Part shown: positions 26,476 through 40,815 of the stretch, piece after piece
Layout of the letters: the number at the start of each line of letters is the position of its first letter
Numbering within the stretch: position 1 is the stretch's first letter
From: Macrostomum lignano
Taxonomy: Eukaryota
Length of the DNA stretch: 64,000 nt
Direction: 5' to 3'
NCBI GenBank assembly: GCA_002269645.1
Contig: NIVC01001219.1
Span: 45,253-109,252, forward strand
The notes under the pieces: model-generated
What the model saw: the letters and a program-made list of their open reading frames with translations, nothing else
Database searches by the model: none
Told to the model about the DNA's origin: nothing
Translations under genes and position numbers: made by a program

Positions 26476-26805
26476 CAGTCCGATTGAATCTTCCCCTGGG
26501 CTGGCTGCGTCATGCTGTGCTCATGCCAGTCTGTCCTAAGCATCTCTGAGTCTCTGCAACTATCGATATGTCCCTTAAAAACTGTTTGTCTAGTCATCTG
26601 TTCATGTGTCTGTAGTGGAAGAGTGCACCCGCCTATCCAGTCTCATGGTTTTTGTATGCACCAATTTCATATTTCTCTGCTTATTGTTTCTGAAATCCCC
26701 CTATCTTTGTACGAGTCTTGCTACTCGTGTCTAATTGTCCAGCTTTTTTCTATTGTCTGTGTGCAGCTTCGATCATTTTTTACCTGGCTGCTACAGTGTA
26801 CGCTG

Positions 26806-28301
26806 TAACCTGTCCGTTCCTTCTTACCTGTTCCGTATGTCCTTATTCCCAACGTCTTCTTACCTGTTCCGTGTGTCCTTATTCCCAACGTCTTTTTACC
26901 TGTTCCGTGTCTCTTTATTCCTCACGTCATCTTACCTGTTCCGTGTCTCTTTATTCCTCACGTCCTCTTACCTGTTCTGTGTCTCTTTATTCCTCACGTC
27001 TTCTTACCTGTTCCGTGTGTCCTTATTCCCAACGTCTTTTTACCTGTTCCGTGTGTCCTTATTCCCAACGTCTTTTTACCTGTTCCGTGTGTCCTTATTC
27101 CCAACGTCTTCTTACCTGTTCCGTGTCTCCTCATTCCCCTCGTCTTCTTACCTGTTCCGTGTGTCCTTATTCCCAACGTCTTTTTACCTGTTCCGTGTGT
27201 CCTTATTCCCAACGTCTTCTTACCTGTTCCGTGTGTCCTTATTCCCAACGTCTTCTTACCTGTTCCGTGTGTCCTTATTCGCAACGTCTTTTTACCTGTT
27301 CCGTGTCTCCTCATTCCCCTCGTCTTCTTACCTGTTCCGTGTGTCCTTATTCCCAACGTCTTTTTACCTGTTCCGTGTGTCCTCATTCCCCTCGTCTTCT
27401 TACCTGTTCCGTGTGTCCTTATTCCCAACGTCTTTTTACCTGTTCCGTGTGTCCTTATTCCCAACGTCTTCTTACCTGTTCCGTGTGTCCTTATTCCCAA
27501 CGTCTTCTTACCTGTTCCGTGTGTCCTTATTCCCAACGTCTTCTTACCTGTTCCGTGTGTCCTTATTCCCAACGTCTTTTTACCTGTTCCGTGTCCTTAT
27601 TCCCAACGTCTTTTTACCTGTTCCGTGTGTCCTTATTCCCAACGTCTTTTTACCTGTTCCGTGTGTCCTTATTCCCAACGTCTTCTTACCTGTTCCGTGT
27701 CTCCTCATTCCCCTCGTCTTCTTACCTGTTCCGTGTGTCCTTATTCCCAACGTCTTTTTACCTGTTCCGTGTGTCCTTATTCCCAACGTCTTCTTACCTG
27801 TTCCGTGTGTCCTTATTCCCAACGTCTTCTTACCTGTTCCGTGTGTCCTTATTCCCAACGTCTTTTTACCTGTTCCGTGTCTCCTCATTCCCCTCGTCTT
27901 CTTACCTGTTCCGTGTGTCCTTATTCCCAACGTCTTTTTACCTGTTCCGTGTGTCCTTATTCCCAACGTCTTCTTACCTGTTCCGTGTGTCCTTATTCCC
28001 AACGTCTTCTTACCTGTTCCGTGTGTCCTTATTCCCAACGTCTTCTTACCTGTTCCGTGTGTCCTTATTCCCAACGTCTTTTTACCTGTTCCGTGTGTCC
28101 TTATTCCCAACGTCTTCTTACCTGTTCCGTGTCTCCTCATTCCCCTCGTCTTCTTACCTGTTCCGTGTGTCCTTATTCCCAACGTCTTTTTACCTGTTCC
28201 GTGTGTCCTTATTCCCAACGTCTTCTTACCTGTTCCGTGTGTCCTTATTCCCAACGTCTTCTTACCTGTTCCGTGTCTCCTCATTCCCCTCGTCTTCTTA
28301 C
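26806..28301. repeat. Minisatellite, 36-bp unit TTACCTGTTCCGTGTGTCCTTATTCCCAACGTCTT(C/T), about 41 copies, three interspersed variants
   Basis: 12-aa periodicity in all frames; a 2-bp deletion near 27590 swaps frames. Confidence 0.97.
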
Positions 28302-28839
28302 TGTCCGTGTCTCTTTTTCTTGCGTCTTTTGAAAGTCTTGCTTGTTACTTTCGCTTGCCGCCTTTTGCTTACTACGCTCGTACGAGCTAAATCTGCTTCA
28401 AGTTTTCTTCCCCTGTCTGCGTCTGTCCATTGAAGCTCACCTTTCTGCCATCGTCTAAGCAATTAGATCATTAAACTGTTACGCTGTTCAGCTGTCACTT
28501 GAACACAGGAGACCAGCCCAGTCTTCACTCTCTAGATGTCCATGCTCACGTCCCATTGCAACCATGCACCGCTGCAGCCAGTTCAGTCAGAGCCCTTTAA
28601 CAATGAACTTTTACTGCAATTCTATTGAACTTCTCAAAAGCTGTAGATAAAATATTGCCAGCATCTATTTTGATTTAAGCGATTGTTTTGCTTTTTTCGA
28701 CTTCACTTGATTTGCCACAAAAAGTTCTTTATGCTCGTAGTGTCGATTATCTTTCCCTTAACTATTGTATGTCCGCCCAAAGGCTGTAGTTCACTATGTT
28801 TTTAGGTTCTCAGACACAGGGTCCTCAGCTGCTTTATAA

Positions 28840-29584
28840 CCTTGGGTGCTGCATGTTCACACACTGGGTCTGCAGCCACTCTATGACCCGGGGTGCTTCA
28901 AGTTCACACACTGGGTCCTGCAGGCACTCTCTGACCCGGGGTGCTTCAAGTTCACACACTGGGTCTTGCAGGAGCTCTATAATCCGGGGTGCTTCAAGTT
29001 CACCCACTGGGTCCTGCAGGCACTCTCTGACCCGGGGTGCTTCAAGTTCACACACTGGGTCTTTCAGGAGCTCTATAACCCGGGGTGCTTCAAGTTCACA
29101 CACTGGGTCCTGCAGGCACTCTATAACCCGGGGTGCTTCAAGTTCACACACTGGGTCCTGCAGGCACTCTATAACCCGGGGTGCTTCAAGTTCACACACT
29201 GGGTCCTGCAGGCACTCTATAACCCGGGGTGCTTCAAGTTCACACACTGGGTCCTGCAGGCACTCTATAACCCGGGGTGCTTCAAGTTCACACACTGGGT
29301 CCTGCAGGTACTCTATAACCCGGGGTGCTTCAAGTTCACACACTGGGTCCTCAGCCACTCTATGACCCGAAGTGCTTCAAGTTCACACACTGGGTCCTCA
29401 GCCACTCTATGACCCGGGGTGCTTCAAGTTCACACACTGGGTCCTCAGCCACTCTATGACCCGAAGCGCTTCAAGTTCACACACTGGGTCCTCAGCCTCT
29501 ATGACCCGAAGTGCTTCAAGTTCACACACTGGGTCTGCAGGCACTCTATAACCCGAAGTGCTTCAAGTTCACACACTGGGTCCT
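28840..29584. repeat. Minisatellite, 48-bp unit CACACTGGGTCCTGCAGGCACTCTATAACCCGGGGTGCTTCAAGTTCA
   Basis: 16-aa periodicity in the ORFs. Confidence 0.96.
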
Positions 29585-30469
29585 CGGCTATTATGTGATA
29601 AAGGCATTGCTATATGATAAATCACGGATGTACAAACATCAATTAATCACAATCCAACTGTCATTTTCTATATATAAATAGTATAGTGCATTGACTACAG
29701 ACAAAGATTGTGCATCACTCTAGTCCCACAATATTGCATGTAAAAATTTGAACTGAACATGCATGTTATGCAAATGCAGCTATTTTAACACGAGATTGAT
29801 ATATTGGATGAACTTGAAGTAATTGAATTTATTTCTGTGCGTGCCCTTTCATACTCTTGGATTGTAGACCCAATTACTCGTGCGATTACTCAGCTAATCT
29901 TAATCTTTAATTAGTCAGCTGATTGAGTGAGATGTGTACACAGAACAGGATTAAAACGTTCTCTCTGACCTTAGCAGAATTCACGTATTTTTAAACGCAG
30001 ACTTTTTTTGCAGTTTTTACTGGATTATTTTTTATCACGCATTGGCCAGGAGGAAATGAAGTGTTTATTGAATTTCTGAAAAAACTAACCAGCAGAAGAT
30101 AAGTTCCAATTTGAACCTGCGAAATGCTTTCATATTTAGTATAATAATAGCTGTAATATAGTCACAGACCTGCACTAGTTGCCAATCAAATTATGCACAA
30201 GGCTGGAATTAATTTCTTTCCAGTCTTTTTTGTTTCTGAACTCTTCTCCAATAGCGTTTTTCCGCCCGGTTGAACAGGTACTCGCAACCGAAATTGGTTG
30301 AACACAGGTCAGCGCGCCTCATCTTCGAATGTTGGCTGGTGCTCTGAGATTCCTGCAGTCACTCTCGGTACTTCGTATTTGTCAAGCCTCAGCTGGTTGG
30401 AAGCCAAAGAGATATCGGAGACAGGGAAGGCAAAACATGAACTTCTGAAGGAAATCATAGGAGACTCGT

Positions 30470-31630
30470 TGGAGGGAGACAAAGAGAGAGAGACACACAC
30501 ACAAAGGGAGGGAGACACAAAGGGGAGACACACAGAGAGATAAGGGAGAGAGATACAGAGAGAGAGACACACACAAAGTGAGGGAGACACAGAGAGGGAG
30601 ACACAGAGGGAGGGAGACCCACGGAGAGACACAGAGGGAGGGAGACCCACGGAGAGACACAGAGGGAGGGAGACCCACGGAGAGACACAAAGTGAGGGAG
30701 ACACAGAGAGGGAGACACAGAGGGAGGGAGACACACAGAGAGACAAAGGGAGGGAGACACAGAGAGGGAGACACAGAGAGGGAGATACAGAGAGAGACAC
30801 AGAGAGAGACACAGAGAAAGACACAAAGGTGGACACAAAGGGAGGGAGACACAGAGAGGGAGACACAGAGGGAGGGAGACCCACGGAGAGACACAGAGGG
30901 AGGGAGACCCACGGAGAGACACAAAGTGAGGGAGACACAGAGAGGGAGACACAGAGGGAGGGAGACACACAGAGAGACAAAGGGAGGGAGACACAGAGAG
31001 GGAGACACAGAGAGGGAGATACAGAGAGAGACACAGAGAGAGACACAGAGAAAGACACAAAGGTGGACACAAAGGGAGGGAGACACAGAGAGGGAGACAC
31101 AGAGGGAGGGAGACCCACAGAGAGACACAGAGGGAGGGAGACCAACGGAGAGACACAAAGTGAGGGAGACACAGAGAGGGAGACACAGAGGGAGGGAGAC
31201 ACACAGAGAGACAAAGGGAGGGAGACACAGAGAGGGAGACACAGAGGGAGGGAGACACACAGAGAGACAAAGGGAGGGAGACACAGAGAGGGAGACACAG
31301 AGAGGGAGATACAGAGAGAGACACAGAGAGAGACACAGAGAAAGACACAAAGGTGGACACAAAGGGAGGGAGACACAGAGAGGGAGACACAGAGAAAGAC
31401 ACAAAGGTAGACACAAAGGGAGGGAGACACAGAGGGAGACACAAAGAAGGAGACATAGGGAGAGAGACACAGAGGGAGACACAAAGAAGGAGACATAGGG
31501 AGAGAGACACAGAGGGAGACACAAAGAAGGAGACATAGGGAGAGAGACACAGAGGGAGACACAAAGAAGGAGACATAGGGAAAGAGACACAGAGCGAGGA
31601 GATTCACACAGAGTAAGACACAGAGACACA
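30470..31630. repeat. GA-rich compound repeat (GGGAGACACAGAGA) with ~230-290-bp higher-order blocks
   Basis: GGAGATACAG marker at 30781, 31015 and 31305. Confidence 0.93.
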
Positions 31631-31793
31631 CGGATGCAAGGAAACAGAGGGAGTTGAAAGAGATTCCCATCAGTGGAGGCTCACAAAAATATTAACAATA
31701 AATGGCTACTTAGCAAAGAGCAAAAGACACAAACAAAAAGAAGCCAACTTACACAAAACTATTCCCAGATCAAACTTATAAACGGCGCTGAAT

Positions 31794-32144
31794 GAGGGGG
31801 CAGTTAGCCCAGCGGTCTAGCGCAGCTGCTCTGATGCGCCAGCGACCCAGGCTTGATTCCAAGTGCAGCCACATTAATTTGGGGCTGAATTGGAATCTCG
31901 GCTTGGCTCTGCTCGTGCAATTAACGGCCTTGAGAGCCAACCCCCCAAGGCGCAGTAAAGTGTACATGCCTAACAATTGATAAAGTTAGGGCCGCTGTAC
32001 ACTACTGTGTGAGTGTGTGCCTGCGTACGTATCCGCGCGCTTGTATGCCTGCTCAGGGAAGTCGGCGGAATGGGCAGCAATGCCTCTCGCCGGTTGTGTG
32101 CCAATGTCGCTTAAAGTGGCACACAACCCCCTGCCTCTAATAAA
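31794..32144 (+). mobile_element. Full-length tRNA-derived SINE family B with a 14-bp target-site duplication
   Basis: AAACGGCGCTGAAT at 31780-31793 and 32145-32158; tRNA-like head GGGGCAGTTAGCCCAGCGGTCTAGCGC..GCTTGATTCC; short A-rich end. Confidence 0.85.
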
Positions 32145-32789
32145 AAACGGCGCTGAATTCCAAATAAAGCAGTAAATTAGGCAGAATGGAATAGATGGAA
32201 ACGATTCCTTGATCTAACGGTCAGATGTACGAACTACAGTCGTATAAACTTCAAAGCGCTGCACTCCATGTTTAATTTTATTAATATTGCATTGCTTACG
32301 GTCAAGTTTCCAGCCATACACACTGTGTACTGTACCAGTAAATTGGTGATAAAAGGCTGCCAGCAGAGATGTGCAACATTAAAGCCAAGGTCTGGCCGGC
32401 AAAATTAATGGGCTAAATTTGCAACCGAGCTACCATCCAGCAGTAGGAGCTTGCTTTAGTTGCTTAGAGATTTCACTGACAACTTCATCGGAGCCAACAA
32501 TTCTCAATGATTAAATCTCATGGCCTGTCTTCAAAGCATGAAAAACATGATCATTTTGTTGATTTTTGCTACAAATTAATTCTCTTTAAGTAATCTTAAT
32601 CCCTTTCGGGACTTGTGCGACAGAAGAGCGCCGAGTGCTTTCGACTTTTTTCCTCGCGATTTTTCTTTGACAGCACAACCTGTGCATTGATTGCCGTCTT
32701 TTTGCTTCTTTCTACCTTTCTCTGCCTTTTCTCCTCAGCTCTAAATCAATTTTTTTATCAAGTCTCTCTGTCTCTGCATCTCATCTCAT

Positions 32790-33884
<1,095 letters not shown>

Positions 33885-33931
33885 CTGCGGCGATTTGTGG
33901 AAAGGCTGCTTCGCCCACCGTCCACCCAACG

Positions 33932-34165
33932 GCTCTAGCTACTTCCTCCACCCTACTGCTCTAGCTACTTCCTCCACCCTACTGCTCTAGCTACTTCCTC
34001 CACCCTACTGCTCTAGCTACTTCCTCCACCCTACTGCTCTAGCTACTTCCTCCACCCTACTGCTCTAGCTACTTCCTCCACCCTGCCGGTCTACTTCCAC
34101 CACCCTACCGGCCTACTTCCACCACCCTACCGGCCTACTTCCACAACCCTACCGGTCTACTGCCT
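33932..34165. repeat. 26-bp intronic tandem repeat GCTCTAGCTACTTCCTCCACCCTACT
   Basis: Direct. Confidence 0.92.
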
Positions 34166-34194
34166 CTACGCCATCACAATGTGCCCGATCTTAC

Positions 34195-34472
34195 CTAGCA
34201 CAAGCGGCTTGTCAATCAGAAGCCTGCCGTCCTCCAGATGCATCGGCGAGCCAATCACGAGCCGACCGTCTGTCACAAGAAATCCGCGCCGCCGCCTGGT
34301 CAACTCCGGCGCCGACGAGGGGGCCGTCGGCAACGCCGGCAGGTCGCCAAAGTCGGCAAGGAGAGAGCCGGAAGTGCTGGATGCCGAGGTCGCATTGGAC
34401 CAGGGCACGCTGACCAGGATGGACTCGGCCGTTCGTGCTTCCCGACAGGCTGCTCTCAGGCAGGGAAACAGA
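34195..34472 (-). CDS. Neurotactin-like gene, exon 4
   Basis: TTTTCCTCTCCAG acceptor phase 2; CLR..., LVTDGRLV..P, KPLVLG; G|GTAAGA donor. Confidence 0.88.
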
Positions 34473-34543
34473 CTGGAGAGGAAAATTATTGAATTCTCAT
34501 CGGTCAGTGAAATCGGAATTCATTGAGACAGAGGGTTTGTTAC

Positions 34544-34695
34544 CTATTGTCCATCTGCATCGCGTTCATGGCCCGCTGCTGCACCACCAAAGCGGGACTG
34601 GACAGCCACAGCTTGTGAAAAAGGCCGCTGTAGTCATGGCCGAGAGCCAAGTGCAGAGCCAGGCTAGCGCCGCTACCGATGCCCAGCAGGGTCAC
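34544..34695 (-). CDS. Neurotactin-like gene, exon 3 (nucleophile elbow VTLLGIGSGA)
   Basis: Aligns to VTLFGESAGA...GLF..AI with the catalytic Ser replaced by Gly; phases 0 and 2 fit the neighbours. Confidence 0.9.
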
Positions 34696-34805
34696 CTGGG
34701 TTGAGGTTGGAGATAATAGTTTGTAAACCTTTGTATTAAACGCTTTGTTTACTAAGACTTCATTTTTTAAAGCTTGACCCTGACTACCGCACTGCCGCTG
34801 CACTA

Positions 34806-35632
34806 TAGATCTAGTTTTCGCCCTCCAGATCTAGTTTCCGCCCTCCAGATCTAGTTTTCGCCCTCCAGATCTAGTTTCCGGCCTCCAGATCTAGTTTCCG
34901 CCCTCCAGATCTAGTTTCCGCCCTCCAGATCTAGTTTCCGCCCTCCAAATCTAGTTTCCGCCCTCTAGATCCAGGTTCCGCCCTCTAGATCCAGTTTCAG
35001 CCCTCCAGATGTAGTTTCCGCCCTCCAGACCTAGTTTCCGCCCTCCAGATCTAGTTTCCGCCCTCCATATCTATTTTCCGCCCTCCAGATCTAGCTTCCG
35101 CCCTCTAGATTCAGTTTCCGCCTTCTAGATCCAGTTTCCGCCTTCTAGATCCAGTTTCCGCCTTCTAGATCCAGTTTCTGCCCTCCAGATCTAGTTTCCT
35201 CCCTCCAGATCTAGTTTCCGGCCTCCAGATCTAGTTTCCGCCCTTTAGATCTAGTTTCCGGCCTCCAGATCTAGTTTCTGCCCTCTAGATCCAGTTTCCG
35301 CCCTTTAGATCTAGTTTCCGCCCTTCTAGATCTAATTTCTGCCCTTCTAGATCTAGTTTCCTCCCTCCAGATCTAGTTTCCGCCCTCTAGATTCAGTTTC
35401 CGCCCTCCAGATCTAGTTTCCGCCCTTTAGATCCAGTTTCCGGCCTCCAGATCTAGTTTCCGCCCTCTAGATCTAGTTTCCGCCCTCTAGATCTAATTTC
35501 TGCCCTTCTAGATCTAGTTTCCTCCCTCCAGATCTAGTTTCCGCCCTCTAGATTCAGTTTCCGCCCTCCAGATCTAGTTTCCGCCCTCCAGATCCAGTGT
35601 CCGCCCTCCAGATCCAGTTTCCGCCCTCCAAA
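34806..35632. repeat. 20-bp intronic minisatellite AGATCTAGTTTCCGCCCTCC
   Basis: Direct. Confidence 0.96.
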
Positions 35633-35734
35633 TCTTGTTTCCATCCCGAATCCTAAATTCCTGGCCTTGGCCGAGCTCCTGGCCGCGTCCAGCCTCTTCA
35701 AGTCCCGCTCAGCAAAATGAAAACCAGCGCGTAC

Positions 35735-36682
35735 ATTTCCTGGCGAAGCGCCAAAGGCGCGCAGATTTCGACGCAGCCAGCCAAGCGCCACGCCGGCGTC
35801 GCCGAGCGCCATGTTGCCGCCGCCGTCGCGCCACGGCGACTCGTCGTTGAGATCGCGGTGGGTCAGGTGGCCCGCGGCGCCGAGCCGGTGCCGCACTCGA
35901 ACCAGAACTACGCCGTCACCATTGCTGCCGTCTCCAACAGCCAGACGGTCCGGCAGGTGAAGATGCCGCGGCGACGCCAATCCCAGCAGGCCAGCCAGGA
36001 CGACCACTGTCGGTAGAGCGTCTTCGACGGCTTCTTCCTCGTCCGCCTCGCCTACCAGCGGGTGAACTGCGGGCGTTGCCAGGTCCAAGTACAGGCAGTC
36101 GGCGTCACCGCGGACCCGGCCGGCGATGTCCACCTGCGAGCAGGCGATCGCCTCGGAGTCCCAACGGCCCAGCCAGGGATAGCGGAGGCCGCGCCTGTGC
36201 CACGGCAGCTGGACTTCGTCGGGCGTCAGACGCCAGGCCTGGGCGCAGCTCGGCTGGTCGCGGACCGGCCTGGCCGGCAGCAGTTGCCACTGGCCGACTG
36301 GCGACAGGGCGAACGGCACGCCGTCGAAGCGATAGACCCGGCGCCAACTGACAGCGTCGTTGCCAACCGCCACTAGGCTGACGTTGGTGGCCTCCAGCAC
36401 GCCGCAGTCGATCTCGCGTTGGGCACCGCTCGCCCGATCCCGATAGGCCGGCTGGTAGACGGGGCGGCGGGCGCGGTCGGCGCTTAGCGCGATCGGCAGG
36501 GCGACAGCGAGGGCGACGCAGAGCAGCAGGAAGAAGGCAACGGCGCCGCGGGTCAGAAGGCGGGCCCGACGCGAGTTGGCGTCAGCGGCGGCGTTGGCCT
36601 CCTCGAACGTGGCCAGCGGGGCCAGCTTCTCTTGGGGCTCCGGAGGCAGCGGCAGCGGCGGAGGTGGAGGCGGCGGCTGTGA
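35735..36682 (-). CDS. Neurotactin-like gene, exon 2 (poly-Pro, TM helix, start of the esterase domain)
   Basis: 948 nt in frame: GAVAFFLLLCVALAVALPIALS (TM), FDGVPFALSPVG, DADCLYLDLATP, RHRLGAAGHL, GNMALGD..ALGWLRRNLRAFGASPGN; donor AAT|GTACGC. Confidence 0.92.
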
Positions 36683-36744
36683 CTGTCAGTTCAGAGTACA
36701 ATAAGGTTGGTAGTAAACCACAAGTGGCCCTACGAGCTGCGGCA

Positions 36745-37200
36745 GCTGTTTAGGACAGGTGAGGCAGCTGTCTATAACAGGTGAGGCAGCTGTTTAAAAC
36801 AGGCGAGGCGGCTGTTTATAACAGGCGAGGCGGCTGTCTATAACAGATGAGGCAACTGTCAATAACAGGTAAGGCAGCTGTTTATAACAGGTGAGGCAGC
36901 TGTCTATAACAGGCGAGGCAGCTGTCTATAACAGGTTGAGGCAGCTGTCTATAACAGGTGAGGCAGCTGTCTATAACAGGCGAGGCAGCTATCTATAACA
37001 GGCGAGGCGGCTGTCTATAACAGATGAGGCAACTGTCAATAACAGGTAAGGCAGCTGTTTATAACAGGCGAGGCAGCTGTCTATAACAGGCGAGGCAGCT
37101 GTTTACGCTCGTATAACAGGCGAGGCAGCTGTCTATAACAGGCGAGGCAGCTGTTTATAGCAGGGTGAGACAGCTGTTTATAACAGGTGAGGCAGCTGTA
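36745..37200. repeat. 22-bp intronic tandem repeat AGGCGAGGCAGCTGTCTATAAC
   Basis: Direct. Confidence 0.93.
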
Positions 37201-37531
37201 GAAAGCAGTGGAAAGACCATGGGGGTGTATTTCAAATACACACATTTTTCCTTTGTCTGGATTTCCAAAAATATTTAACCAATTGCCATGAAAATCCAGA
37301 ACACGGGCTAAAATTCGGTTTGCGAGCTATCGTGAAATGGGTTGTGTGTATTTGTAATACACCCCCGTGGTCTTTCCCCATGGGGAAAATAGCGTGGTCT
37401 TTCGAACTGTTAAGGCTAGCTACACTCTTTTTATACGTTCGCTTGTAAAACCGCAAGTTTTAGTGGCGTTGAACAGCAACCAAAACATTAAACAATTTTG
37501 ATACAACGGCTGAACCCTGACAACAACTGAC

Positions 37532-37675
37532 CCCACTTCTCGATGCCGAATTGACGGCAGCAGCGGCGGAAATTTCACGCAGCGCTCCGTCGGTCAGCGG
37601 GTCCGCGTAGGACACCCGGGAGCGAGCCCCTGCCGGCCTATTGCGTTGATGATTACTGAACGAACTCGCCAGCAT
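37532..37675 (-). CDS. Neurotactin-like gene, probable exon 1 (MLASSFSNHQRNRP...SRSG)
   Basis: ATG at 37675; GGG|GTCAGT donor phase 0 matches exon 2; joined CDS 2175 nt (724 aa). Confidence 0.65.
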
Positions 37676-38261
37676 AGCGATGGGTTTTTTCACTTTGATG
37701 CAGTTCAGAGGCTGGACTAGCTCAGTGCAATGTAGATTTATATACACGAATCCGGAGATGGGACTGGGCGGCCTAAGAGGTGAATCACGCATCCGCTAAA
37801 TATTTCTCAATTGATGCTGGCTCTTCCTACTTCATTTAGTTAAGCCGGTCCGGCCAGCTCAAGTGGATGGTGAAACCTCAGCCTCCGTTGGCATGCGGCC
37901 AGAGCGATCAAGTGCGGGAGTCAGTCGGTCTCCAAGTCAAGAGAGTGGCCGATTTTTTTTCGCCACTTGGGCTCCTAATGACCAGCTCACTTAATCTACC
38001 CTGTACACCAATACATGCCATTACGTTAATTGCCGGTCAACGTGGAAGGCAGAAGGCTCGTGCATTTTTTCTTGGCGAAGCAATAGACTCAGACTCAAAA
38101 CACAGCGGCGTTTTTCTTTTTCAAAAAAATGAAACCCAGCATCGATAATTAATCCCGATGACAACCGCTGTTGGCAAGCGATGAGAGATGGCGAGGGTCT
38201 GCTGAATTCCATAGGATCGTTGAAATTATACCTCGTATTTTGATGCACCAGACTCAATATT

Positions 38262-38516
38262 AATACATAAGACTCAGTAGTGATACATTAGACTCAATAT
38301 TGATACATTAGACTCAATATTGATACATTAGACTCAGTAGTGATACATTAGACTCAATATTGATACATAAGACTCAGTAGTGATACATTAGACTCAATAT
38401 TAATACATAAGACTCAGTAGTGATACATTATAATCAATATTAATACATAAGACTCAGTAGTGATACATTAGACTCAGTAGTGATACATTAGACTCGGTAG
38501 TGAAACATAAGACTCA
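38262..38516. repeat. 20-bp minisatellite GACTCAGTAGTGATACATTA, segment 1 (continues at 40496-40623 and 45231-45393)
   Basis: The same unit resumes in register after each insertion. Confidence 0.95.
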
Positions 38517-40495
38517 CCCGCCTGGCTGTCGTAATCCGGTTTTCATCCGGAGCGACGTCCGGAATTTCATCCGGTACGTAATAAAAATGTCCCATTTAAA
38601 AACCGGATGAGAGCCGGATGAAAAGTTTACAAACCGGATGAAAACATGCATATTTGACCTTTCATCCGGGTGTTCAACCAACATTAGTCCGGAAATTCAT
38701 CCGGGAAGCTATCGGGAAAGCCGCGGAGAACAGGGCGGAGCAAATTCCGGAGCGAATCCGGACGAAATGTATGCACGCCTCCACCGGATGAGAAACCGGA
38801 CGAAATTCCGGATGAATGCCGGATCAAATGTATGCACATGTCTACCGGATGAGAAACCGGACGAAATTCCGGATGAATGCCGGATCAAATGTATGCACAT
38901 GTCTACCGGATGGTAAAGCAGATGACATGTTAAAGAACCAAGTAAGGTTGACAACAAGACGAAATCTTTTGAAAACGTAAGAAAACAAATTGCTGGAAAC
39001 ACCTCAAAGAAAGCAAGGTATATTGCACTTGCACAGAGGGTGGCCAACCTCTAATTCACTGTGCTGGATAGAGTAGTGGAAGCTGAATATATTGAAACCG
39101 AAGATAATTGTTAAAGTTGCGTGTCGCTAAAAATGCAAATACACAAGACATGCTTGAGTCAAAAATAGAATGGCAAAACCTCACATTGGGTGGACAAATC
39201 AGGAGAAATGGAGAATCAGACGACACACTGTCTTTTGGGCGGCTACAAATTAGTACCAGGCAGAAAAACTAGAAATTTCACAGAAGAAAAACTTCCAGCT
39301 ACACGAAGAAACAGGCGCAGAAAAAAAACTCACTTATAAAATTGGGGACAACAGAAAAAATAGCGACATATACATTTTTCCATACTGGGAGTGAAACAGA
39401 AAGTGTCAACAGAAAACCAGAAACGCAGACCCGAGGGCGATATTACCTATCAGCAGAACAGTGATTACTGTACACGTTAGTAACGTTAAGTAACGTTACT
39501 GTTCTAAAAAACCCACCATGATGTACAGATTGCAGGCGATGGGTACATCGTGCACTTTACATACTGCAGAATTTTTGAGGAATTTTTGTCCTCATGATAT
39601 GCTACTGTCTAATCGAGCACATGCTCTTAAGACCCCTAGGCGCTACATATTTGATTCGTGACCAATAGTAAGTTGCAGTCGCAGAAGCAGTAGTGTCATG
39701 AGCATATTCGCGCCACGCCGCGGCCACTGGCAATGGCACACGGCTCCCTCTTATATCCTATAGTCTGCGACAAAACGACTGGCCCACGACTATATAGCCT
39801 ATACTATCCCATCAGGGAAAGTAGCATATCTTCCGCAATGTCCACATCGCCGGCCGGACGCTGACTTGTGGGCCCAACCTCTGCGAAGACAGTTCTGGCC
39901 AGGTCAAAGATCGCGCTAGCGGGGGCTGTTTATTTAGGTTCAACACAGAAAAGGGATGACTTCTTAAAAAAACACAATAACACAGCTATTTTAAAAAAGC
40001 ACAGAAAAACACATAAAACAGCAGTGGTCACACTGGTCACTCATTACATATTTCTTTACCTAATAACAACTCAACGCGGTCTTGCAAATTACATACTCAT
40101 AAAAAATCCAAGTCCCCTTTCTGAACTCGGTATTTCATCCGGACTTCTTCCGTTTCGTGCATCGGTCTTTATCCGGCTTTCGGCGGGTCAATGGACGGAT
40201 GTAAAACCGGACGAAATTCCGGACCAAAATATGCTTTCTTCCGGTTTTCATCCGGTTTTCAATCCGGCTGATTGTTCGAGTTTAATCGACGAGTCAACCG
40301 GATCAAAAACCGGATAAAAAGAGTCACAAAGAGAACTCTTTCATCCGGCTTTACTCCGGATTTCGGCCCGGTTTTTGGTCCGGAAAAAAACCGGATCAAA
40401 ACCGGATCAACATCTTTTTGGTCCGGAAACACCCCCCTAAAACGGGTTAAACCGGACGAGGCCGGATGAAAACCGGATTACGACAGCCAGGCGGG
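38517..40495. mobile_element. Non-autonomous TIR DNA transposon, 1979 bp, CACTA/EnSpm-like
   Basis: Perfect 34-bp TIR CCCGCCTGGCTGTCGTAATCCGGTTTTCATCCGG; 2-bp TSD CA; dense CCGGA subterminal motifs in both orientations. The superfamily call is inference. Confidence 0.85.
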
Positions 40496-40815
40496 CAGTA
40501 GTGATACATTAGTCTCGGTGGTGATAAATTAGACTCAATATTGATACATTAGACTCAGTAGTGATACATTAGACTCGGTAGTGAAACATAAGACTCAGTA
40601 GTGATACATTAGTCTCGGCAGTGTTAGTGAAGGGGAGGCAAAGACAAAGACAAAGACAAACCGAGTGTGGCGATGGCGAGGCAGCGAAAAGCCAGAGGAT
40701 GCAACCCCAAGGCCAAACAAACAAATGACTGAACGAAGGAGAGAATTTACGAAACGGCGGAAATAAGGCTGGGGATAAGAACGGAAATAAAACTTTGAAC
40801 ACAAGCAAAAGTTAT

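Noticed and set aside
26718-31670. ORFs of 170-570 aa with 12-aa, 16-aa or low-complexity repeats
   Set aside because: Translations of 36-bp, 48-bp and GA-rich arrays with no unique coding flanks
35534-35734. C-terminal extension of ORF 35534-36400
   Set aside because: Read-through past the GTACGC donor into intron and 20-bp repeat
39430-39500. CRESS-DNA virus origin (GATATTAC) or other viral insert
   Set aside because: No flanking stem and no Rep motifs
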